DNA from: Anaerolineales bacterium
GTDB lineage: Bacteria; Chloroflexota; Anaerolineae; Anaerolineales; UBA11579
NCBI GenBank assembly: GCA_035458505.1
Contig: DATHZS010000050.1
Span: forward strand, 6,173 to 70,172
Length of the DNA stretch: 64,000 nt
Direction: 5' to 3'
The stretch's first letter is position 1. Each line of letters begins with the position of its first letter. Position numbers and translations under genes: made by a program. Positions 1 to 6,303 of this stretch are shown one piece after another. Below the pieces are notes generated by a model. That model made no database searches. It had not been told where the DNA came from and saw only the letters and a list, made by a program, of their open reading frames with translations.

Positions 1-909
1 TGCTTCCACAAGGTCAAATAGCAAATTCTCAAGCTCCGGATAGGCTTGGTGACAGATGGGATCTTGTTGGCAAGTAACAAAGAAACTTTGCAAGGAGGTA
101 TCAATATTGCTGATCGCCTCAGAGATTTGATCGGCTTGCGGTGGAACAACCGAATCCAGAATCACACTCCGAACCCCCTCAGGGTACTGCCGCATCACCT
201 CCAGGGCAAGGCGGGTTCCATACGAGACCGCGTACAAATCCCAGGAGGGAATTTCCAGGGCGGTTTGCAGATCTGCCAGATCGGCTGCGGATTGTTCGGT
301 GTTATACATTTTCAGATCGATTCCTTCCTCGATCAAGCGGCTGCGGCATTCCAAGAAAGCCTGGCTGGTTTGGGAACTGATTTCTTCGGTTGTCAGGAAT
401 TGTTCCAGGCTCCGGTCAATGAAGTCCAGGTGCTCGGGGCAGTCAAGCGCTGGTTGGGATAGCCCCACTCCGCGCTGGTCGAATAGGATCAGATCGTTTT
501 GTCCTAAGAACGATGAAATTTTTCCGAAGCTGTATTGGAGGGGTTTCAGAGCAGAGACTCCAGGACCACCTTCGATGTAGACCAGGGGAACCTGGCTGTC
601 AGCCGGGTCAGGGCTGTGGAAAATGGCGAAGGCTAGTTTTATCAGACGCCCATCTGGTTGGGTGCGATCCTCTGGAACGACAAGATATCCACATTCCAGA
701 TCCAACCCTTGGACCAACTCTTGCGGGAGAGAGAATGGGCACTCAGAAAGTTCTATGCTTGGTGTATAACCAGTTTGTTTTGGCGGTGGTGTGGCGGTCA
801 CTGCTGGAGGGGGAGCAATTTCAGGAGCAGCATTCGATGGGGTGTTGCTTCCGTTTGCACATGCAGTGAGCAGGATGCAAAGGAGTAGCAGTACATTTAT
901 GTTTTTCAT
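1..909 (-). CDS. Secreted alpha/beta-hydrolase lipoprotein (tripeptidyl-aminopeptidase/prolyl-aminopeptidase-like), 3' end outside window
   Basis: The minus frame is open from 909 to the window edge. My translation starts MKNINVLLLLCILLTACANGS (signal peptide plus lipobox LTAC). It continues ...VPLVYIEGGPGVSALKP... and ...DLYAVSYGTRLALEVMRQYP (GxSxG-type nucleophile elbow). The listed + strand ORFs at 46-994 are antisense shadows. Confidence 0.7.
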   Translation of the reverse strand, partial: MKNINVLLLLCILLTACANGSNTPSNAAPEIAPPPAVTATPPPKQTGYTPSIELSECPFSLPQELVQGLDLECGYLVVPEDRTQPDGRLIKLAFAIFHSPDPADSQVPLVYIEGGPGVSALKPLQYSFGKISSFLGQNDLILFDQRGVGLSQPALDCPEHLDFIDRSLEQFLTTEEISSQTSQAFLECRSRLIEEGIDLKMYNTEQSAADLADLQTALEIPSWDLYAVSYGTRLALEVMRQYPEGVRSVILDSVVPPQADQISEAISNIDTSLQSFFVTCQQDPICHQAYPELENLLFDLVEA

Positions 910-1052
910 TTCCTTTTTCCTTTTTAGGTGCGTTCAACCATACCTTGCGGAGATCTCTCCGAAAGGATCTGAGATGGTTGAAATTGATGGTTAGTTTGTT
1001 TGGGGATGTTGGCAGGGAGAATGGATCTCTTTCTCCCTGCCATGTGACGGTG

Positions 1053-1379
1053 TTAATCCGGTAGCTGTTCTAAAACCTGGAGCATTTGCTGGCGGTATTG
1101 CTTAAATGCGCGCCTTCCAAGATGGGTGAGCTTGAGCATCGTATTGGGGCGCTTCTCTTTGAATTCTTTGATCACCTGGATGTATTCTGCCTCCTCTAAC
1201 TTGCTCATGTGGGAGGAAAGGTTGCCCCAGGTCAAGCCAGTTTGCCTCATCAGGAAGGTAAAATCTGCACTTTCGACAACGTAGAGATAGGCCATGATCA
1301 GCAGGCGGGCAGGTTCGTGGATCAGCTTATCGATCTCCTGCATGCTGCCATCTGGGGTGGGCTGTTTGTCCGGGCTCAT
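1053..1379 (-). CDS. Winged-helix transcriptional regulator (ArsR-like, HTH_34-type)
   Basis: 108 aa. The pattern IHEPARLLIMAYL...F.FLMRQTGLTWGNLSSHMSKLEEAEYIQVIKEFKEKRPNTMLKLTHLGRRAFKQY matches the winged-helix family as I recall it. It lies 2 nt after the upstream membrane-protein gene. Confidence 0.75.
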   Translation of the reverse strand: MSPDKQPTPDGSMQEIDKLIHEPARLLIMAYLYVVESADFTFLMRQTGLTWGNLSSHMSKLEEAEYIQVIKEFKEKRPNTMLKLTHLGRRAFKQYRQQMLQVLEQLPD

Positions 1380-1381
1380 TG

Positions 1382-1990
1382 CTATTCTCCCTGGATGGGT
1401 TTTGTGGTCATCAGGAAGCGGGTGAAGAGTATCCCGCCGGGGACCAAGATCAGCAGGGATGCCGCCAGGAAGAGGACCGGCAGGTCCAGAAGCAGGACGG
1501 CAGCGAAGGTGGAACCGTAGATCAGGGCATAAATGTACAGGCGGTCAAAATCCAGGAAGTAGGCCATCACGCTGGTGATGAAAGCAATCCAGACCCCCAT
1601 ACCCACCGAGGAATACAGTTCACTGTTTTCAATGTTGAAGAGATCCGGCTGGCTGGTTTTCAGGATGGCGAAGGCTGCCAGAACAATCAGCGAGATCAGG
1701 TTGACGAGAATGATCTTGCCCAGATTCTTGGTGCGCTGCGTGCTGAACTTTACCTCTCCCAGTCGGGGGGCTGTGATCAGTTTCTTGCCGTAGATCAAAA
1801 AGAATACGGCAAAGATTTCAAGGAACAGCATGCCCAGTATTCGTAGGGCTTTGTTCTCCAGGGTGTTGAAGACGGTGAAGGTGTACATGGCGAACATCAT
1901 CAAGCCGAAGAAGATGTCCCAGATCCCATCCTGGTAGAAGGAACGGAAGGCTTTTCTTTCCAATTCTTTCAGATTAAGTGGTGCGTTCAT
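1382..1990 (-). CDS. Integral membrane protein (5-6 predicted TM helices), co-transcribed with the wHTH regulator
   Basis: 202 aa with several long hydrophobic segments. I recognise no enzymatic motif. Confidence 0.6.
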   Translation of the reverse strand: MNAPLNLKELERKAFRSFYQDGIWDIFFGLMMFAMYTFTVFNTLENKALRILGMLFLEIFAVFFLIYGKKLITAPRLGEVKFSTQRTKNLGKIILVNLISLIVLAAFAILKTSQPDLFNIENSELYSSVGMGVWIAFITSVMAYFLDFDRLYIYALIYGSTFAAVLLLDLPVLFLAASLLILVPGGILFTRFLMTTKPIQGE

Positions 1991-2195
1991 TTTTATCTCC
2001 TGATGCGTTGGCTGGTTATATTTGCGACGCCGCTTTATTTGTAACTCATTATACTTTGTATTGCAAAGTTATTAATAGTATATACCGTTTGTATCAAGAG
2101 TCAAGTGACTTTCATGAAAGGAAGATTAATATCGCCAATTTATCCATGGGGGATGAATGCTCTGACTGCTTCTCGAGAGTTGGAGGGGAAAACGA

Positions 2196-2224
2196 TTTAC
2201 ATTGAGGGGCGGATATGCTAAAAT
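2196..2224 (+). promoter_or_regulatory. Sigma-70-type promoter for the tetR-epimerase operon
   Basis: TTTACA (2196-2201), 17-nt spacer, TAAAAT (2219-2224), preceded by TGc (extended -10). Confidence 0.5.
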
Positions 2225-2225
2225 G

Positions 2226-2243
2226 ATACCGACCGGTCGGTAT
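2226..2243. promoter_or_regulatory. Perfect 18-bp palindrome, candidate TetR operator
   Basis: ATACCGACCGGTCGGTAT is self-complementary over all 18 nt. It lies between the -10 element and the TetR start codon at 2258. Confidence 0.5.
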
Positions 2244-2257
2244 TTATTGGAGAAAAA

Positions 2258-2866
2258 ATGCCCGCATACAACCCAAAACAAGAACGCGCCCTTCGGACTC
2301 GGGCGGCCATCCTGAAAGCCGCTCAAACCTGTTTTGCTCAAAATGGCTTCGATGCAACCGGGGTGGCTGAGATCTGCCAGCAAGCCAATCTCAGCAAAGG
2401 GGCTTTTTACCATCATTTTCCCAGTAAACAGGCCGTGTATCTGGAACTGCTCAACCAATGGCTCGCAGATTTCGATAATGGGATGGACTCTCTGAGAGCA
2501 CAGGCGGAAGATGTCCCTACCGTCTTGCGGATGCTCAGCACTACCTTCCCTTCGATCTTTGAGATTGCCGAAGGCCAGCTGCCGATCATGCTGGACCTAT
2601 GGGCAAAAGCCTCGCGCGATCCGGAAATCTGGCAGGCAACCATCGCGCCCTTTGAACACTATTACCAACTGATTACTGAGTTGATTGAAGACGGCATACA
2701 GGAAAACAGCCTGGTTGAAACGGATGCCCGGAAAACTGCCCTGATCATGATCTCTCTGGGAGTCGGAGCCCTGCTGCAGGGTTTGCTCTCGACAAACACT
2801 GAAGAATGGGGGCAGGTGGGTCAGGATGGAATCGACTGGATATTAAAATCAATTGAAAGGAAATGA
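2258..2866 (+). CDS. TetR/AcrR family transcriptional regulator
   Basis: 202 aa. The N-terminal HTH (RAAILKAAQTCFAQNGFDATGVAEICQQANLSKGAFYHHFPSKQAV) is the classic TetR_N signature. Confidence 0.9.
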   Translation: MPAYNPKQERALRTRAAILKAAQTCFAQNGFDATGVAEICQQANLSKGAFYHHFPSKQAVYLELLNQWLADFDNGMDSLRAQAEDVPTVLRMLSTTFPSIFEIAEGQLPIMLDLWAKASRDPEIWQATIAPFEHYYQLITELIEDGIQENSLVETDARKTALIMISLGVGALLQGLLSTNTEEWGQVGQDGIDWILKSIERK

Positions 2867-2875
2867 GACAATAAC

Positions 2876-3832
2876 ATGAAGGTTCTTGTGACAGGGGCTT
2901 TTGGCAATATCGGCACCGAAACTCTCTCTGAACTGCTCAAACGCGGCCATCAGGTGAGCGCATTTGATCTCAAGACCAGAGCCAATAAGCGCAAGGTCTG
3001 GCGGTACCGCGGCAGGCTGAACGTCTTCTGGGGCGACATCCGTAATCCGGATGATATTTTTAGGGTGGTTGCAGACCAGGATGTGGTTATCCATCTGGCG
3101 GCTGTGATTCCTCATTTATCTGCTACCGGCGTGAACAGCGAAGATCGCCCCGAATTTGCTGAAGCTGTCAATGTAGGCGGCACCCGCAATGTCATCGATG
3201 CGATCCTGGCTCATGCCCGACCCGCCCGGATGATTCTGGGATCTTCCCTGCATGTGTTCGGCAAAACCCAAAAAATACCGCCGCCGCGCCGGGCAACTGA
3301 CCCGGTTGCCCCGGTGGAGCATTACGCCCGCCACAAGGTGCAGATGGAATATATGGTCCGCACAGCTCCACTGGTGTGGAGCATCTTCCGCTTTGCAGCG
3401 GCTCTGCCAATCCGACTGATCATTGATCCGGGGATGTTCAATGTCCCGCTGGATAACAGGATTGAATACGTCCATTCCCGGGATGTCGCGGCAGCATTGA
3501 GCAATGCGCTTGAATGTGAGCAGGTGTGGGGGCGTACCTTGTTGATCGGGGGTGGGGAAGCCTGCCAGTTCTATTACCGGGATTTGATGAAGCAGGTGCT
3601 TGCCGCGGCAGGGATGGAGGAATTCCCTGAACAGGCGTTTACCAGCGAAGAATTCAGCACGGATTGGTTAGATACCGAAGAAAGCCAGCGTTTGCTGAAC
3701 TACCAGCAGCGCACGCTGAAGGATTATGCCAGTGAGATGCGCGCCAAGTTAGGTGGTCTGCGCTATGTAGTGCGGGTGCTGCGTCCCTGGATCACACGCT
3801 GGCTGTTGAGGCGGTCGCCGTATTTGCGGTGA
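2876..3832 (+). CDS. NAD-dependent epimerase/dehydratase family protein (extended SDR)
   Basis: 318 aa. N-terminal Rossmann motif MKVLVTGAFGNIGTE and a YxxxK-like YARHK. Confidence 0.85.
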   Translation: MKVLVTGAFGNIGTETLSELLKRGHQVSAFDLKTRANKRKVWRYRGRLNVFWGDIRNPDDIFRVVADQDVVIHLAAVIPHLSATGVNSEDRPEFAEAVNVGGTRNVIDAILAHARPARMILGSSLHVFGKTQKIPPPRRATDPVAPVEHYARHKVQMEYMVRTAPLVWSIFRFAAALPIRLIIDPGMFNVPLDNRIEYVHSRDVAAALSNALECEQVWGRTLLIGGGEACQFYYRDLMKQVLAAAGMEEFPEQAFTSEEFSTDWLDTEESQRLLNYQQRTLKDYASEMRAKLGGLRYVVRVLRPWITRWLLRRSPYLR

Positions 3833-3857
3833 ATCGACCGATCTGGAAAAGCAAAAA

Positions 3858-3888
3858 CGGGAGCTTGTAAAAGCTCCCGCTGTGTTTT
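3858..3888. terminator. Bidirectional rho-independent terminator between convergent genes
   Basis: Stem CGGGAGCTT / AAGCTCCCG with loop GTAA. It is flanked by an A-run upstream and CTGTGTTTT downstream. Confidence 0.6.
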
Positions 3889-3906
3889 GACTGGGTTCAT
3901 CAAAAT

Positions 3907-4587
3907 TTACTGAGCCGGGTTGTCTAACCGCAGGCCGTGACCGCGCACGGTGACGATGAAGCCGTGATCGCGATCTATTTCCATCAACCGGTCTCTCAAC
4001 CGCCGGACGAGTGCATCCAACGCCTGGTTGGAAACATCGTAAGCATGTTCTTCTCCCCACACAGCCGAGATCAGGTCGTGCCGGGTGACCACATCCCCAT
4101 CTGCCAGATAGAGCAGGTTGAGCATCGTAAATTGTGCGACCGAAAGCGGTGGGTGCAGTTCGGTTTCGTTGATCCATACCCGCCGGGAACGCTTATCCAG
4201 CTTCAGTTTTTTCTGTTCCATTGCGGTGCTTTCCAACCCGTCCGTGTCCAGGGGAACGGTGGCGTCGGAGCTAAGAAAGACAAACTGCTGGGCCAGGGCA
4301 ATCTGGATCGTGTCACCATCCTGTAATTTTACCGGATTGGCAGAAATCCGCTCGCTGTTCAGGTGGGTACCGTTTTTGCTGCCCAGATCTGAAAGGAGCA
4401 GATCACCATCTCGCATAACAATCTCGGCATGCCGCCGCGAGACCTGCTTATCTGGCGTAATGATGATAATGTCACAATTAACATCCCGGCCGATCACCAG
4501 GTTTTTGTCAATCATCCAACGTTTCCCGTCTAATGGCCCGGTTTGCCCGATCAGTACCGGATGATCCTGTTCTGTGTGGTTTTCCAT
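3907..4587 (-). CDS. FHA domain + OmpR/PhoB-type winged-helix DNA-binding regulator
   Basis: The N-terminal FHA pattern is GRDVNCDIIIITPDKQVSRRHAEIVMRDGDLLLSDLGSKNGTHLN. The C-terminal trans_reg_C pattern is LSVAQFTMLNLL...VVTRHDLISAVWGEE...NQALDALVRRLRDRL...IVTVRGHGLRL. I place the start at ATG 4587 (MENHTEQ) because GGAG lies 7 nt upstream. The listed ORF starts at 4632. Confidence 0.8.
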   Translation of the reverse strand: MENHTEQDHPVLIGQTGPLDGKRWMIDKNLVIGRDVNCDIIIITPDKQVSRRHAEIVMRDGDLLLSDLGSKNGTHLNSERISANPVKLQDGDTIQIALAQQFVFLSSDATVPLDTDGLESTAMEQKKLKLDKRSRRVWINETELHPPLSVAQFTMLNLLYLADGDVVTRHDLISAVWGEEHAYDVSNQALDALVRRLRDRLMEIDRDHGFIVTVRGHGLRLDNPAQ

Positions 4588-4604
4588 AGATGTGCTCCAG
4601 GTGT

Positions 4605-4632
4605 ATAATACCAGAAGAGAACGGCTGTGCAA
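4605..4632 (-). promoter_or_regulatory. Promoter of the FHA-wHTH regulator gene
   Basis: On the minus strand: TTGCAC (4632-4627), 16-nt spacer, TATTAT (4610-4605), preceded by TGG (extended -10). Confidence 0.45.
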
Positions 4633-4664
4633 ACATAGTATAACCCATGAAAGAATACTTATAA

Positions 4665-5651
4665 ATGGCTACATTAAAACCAGGAGATATTCTCAAAGAA
4701 CGCTACCGCATCCGCCGTTTTATCAGCCGCGGAGGGATGGGAAGTATCTACCAGGCAGAAGATATGCGCCTGGAAGGCCGTTTGTGCGCGGTAAAAGAGG
4801 TTCTGCTGGAAACTTCCCTACCAGGGGATACGAAACGCCAGACGAGAGAACAGTTCCAGCGGGAGGCGAACATCCTCGCACGTCTCGATCATCCGAACCT
4901 GCCGAAAGTATCCGATATCTTTTCGGAGGATCAGAGCGATTTTTTGGTGATGGACTATGTTCCAGGGAAAGATTTGAGAACCCTGATGATCGAAGCTCGC
5001 CAGCGGAAGGAGTTTTTGCCGGAACGCGATGTTCTCTCCTGGGCGATGCAGATTTGCAATGCGCTGATTTTCCTTCACAGCCAGCAGCCACCCATCTTGC
5101 ACCGGGATATAAAACCCAGCAACCTTAAGCTGACACCCAATGATGTGGTCAAACTGGTGGACTTTGGCCTGGTCAAGATCCTCTCTTCAGACGATGCAAC
5201 GATTACGATTGTGCAGGGGCGCGGGACAGCCCTTTATACTCCGTTAGAGCAGTATGGAGGAGATACTGGCCACACAGATGCCCGCAGTGATATTTATGCT
5301 CTTGGAGCGACTCTGTACCATCTGCTTACCAACACGCCTCCAACCGAAGCGCGCGAGCGCTTCCTTCATCCGGAGAGAGGGGTGAAAATGCGTGAGATTA
5401 ACCCCGATGTCAGCCCACGTACGGAACGGGCGGTGGAATGGGCACTGAGCCTTCATCCCGATCATCGACCTCAGAATATGATTATTTTCCGGGATACTTT
5501 ATTGGGAAATTGGAATCCCAGCCCTCGCCGGACAGGGGCGATGCCCCCACCGACTTTTTCAGATGTGATTTCTTCGGCCATCGAACGATCGCTGATTTGG
5601 GTGTCTGCAGGGTTGGTGATCCTCAGCCTGATCGCAACCCTGAGCCATTAG
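4665..5651 (+). CDS. Ser/Thr protein kinase (Hanks type), tail-anchored
   Basis: The motifs GGMGSIYQAED...CAVKE, HRDIKPSNL and DFGL are present. A single C-terminal TM (LIWVSAGLVILSLIATLSH) ends the protein, so there is essentially no extracytoplasmic domain. Confidence 0.9.
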   Translation: MATLKPGDILKERYRIRRFISRGGMGSIYQAEDMRLEGRLCAVKEVLLETSLPGDTKRQTREQFQREANILARLDHPNLPKVSDIFSEDQSDFLVMDYVPGKDLRTLMIEARQRKEFLPERDVLSWAMQICNALIFLHSQQPPILHRDIKPSNLKLTPNDVVKLVDFGLVKILSSDDATITIVQGRGTALYTPLEQYGGDTGHTDARSDIYALGATLYHLLTNTPPTEARERFLHPERGVKMREINPDVSPRTERAVEWALSLHPDHRPQNMIIFRDTLLGNWNPSPRRTGAMPPPTFSDVISSAIERSLIWVSAGLVILSLIATLSH

Positions 5652-5706
5652 ATTTTCGAATAACAATCCGGGTCCGGAAGGTTGCTTTGTGAAATAGCGA
5701 GTGGTG

Positions 5707-6303
5707 TTACTCAGTCTCGTCCATTTCCAGAGGGAGTGCTTTTTTTCTTTCCCTCAATTCTTGCATCAGCATACCGATAATCAGCACAATCAATCCTATC
5801 GTTATGCTTGAGTCGGCAATATTGAACACCGGGAAGCTTCCGACCGAGATGAAATCGAGCACATACCCATAGCGAATCCGGCTGATCAGGTTCCCCACTG
5901 CACCAGCCAGCTGCAGGATTAATGCAACCCTGAGCGCCCATTCTTTTTTCTCAATTTTTGGAAAGTAATAGATGATGAATAGCGATGCCGCGACAGCAAT
6001 AATGCTGATCACCAGGTTGATCTGGTTTTGATCCCTGAACAAGCCAAATGCAGTCCCCCTGTTTTGGAGATGAATGATTCGCGCATATGGGCTGAGAGCT
6101 GAGAGCTGGTCAGGGAGCCAGGAATTTCCAAGTGACAGGTTTTTCTCAACGAGGTCTTTAGTCCAAAAATCCAGGACGATAATTATCCCGGAACTGAGGA
6201 AGAGCAGCAGCAAATCTCTCCAAGCACCTCCGGATTCTGTCCCTGAGTCCGAAACTGGTTTGGCTTGCGGTGTGAGGTCTTGCTGGTTGTCAGGATTTGT
6301 CAT
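5707..6303 (-). CDS. lspA: Lipoprotein signal peptidase (signal peptidase II)
   Basis: 198 aa, four TM segments. Motifs NRGTAFGLF and FPVFNIADSSITIG are as in LspA. The start overlaps the stop of the upstream GH3 gene (ATGA). Confidence 0.85.
   Translation of the reverse strand: MTNPDNQQDLTPQAKPVSDSGTESGGAWRDLLLLFLSSGIIIVLDFWTKDLVEKNLSLGNSWLPDQLSALSPYARIIHLQNRGTAFGLFRDQNQINLVISIIAVAASLFIIYYFPKIEKKEWALRVALILQLAGAVGNLISRIRYGYVLDFISVGSFPVFNIADSSITIGLIVLIIGMLMQELRERKKALPLEMDETE

Noticed and set aside
46-994. Six overlapping + strand ORFs (46-462, 141-380, 299-580, 513-869, 658-888, 791-994) at the left edge
   Set aside because: They overlap each other in all three frames and have low-complexity, Arg/Gly/Pro-rich translations. 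The minus strand carries one uninterrupted, well-behaved alpha/beta-hydrolase frame (909 to 1). They are antisense shadows.
1011-1041. Hairpin GGCAGGGAGA...TCTCCCTGCC downstream of the wHTH regulator gene as a terminator
   Set aside because: The stem is good, but no U-tract follows on the minus strand. It may still act as a transcript-end or stabilising structure, but I could not support calling it a rho-independent terminator.
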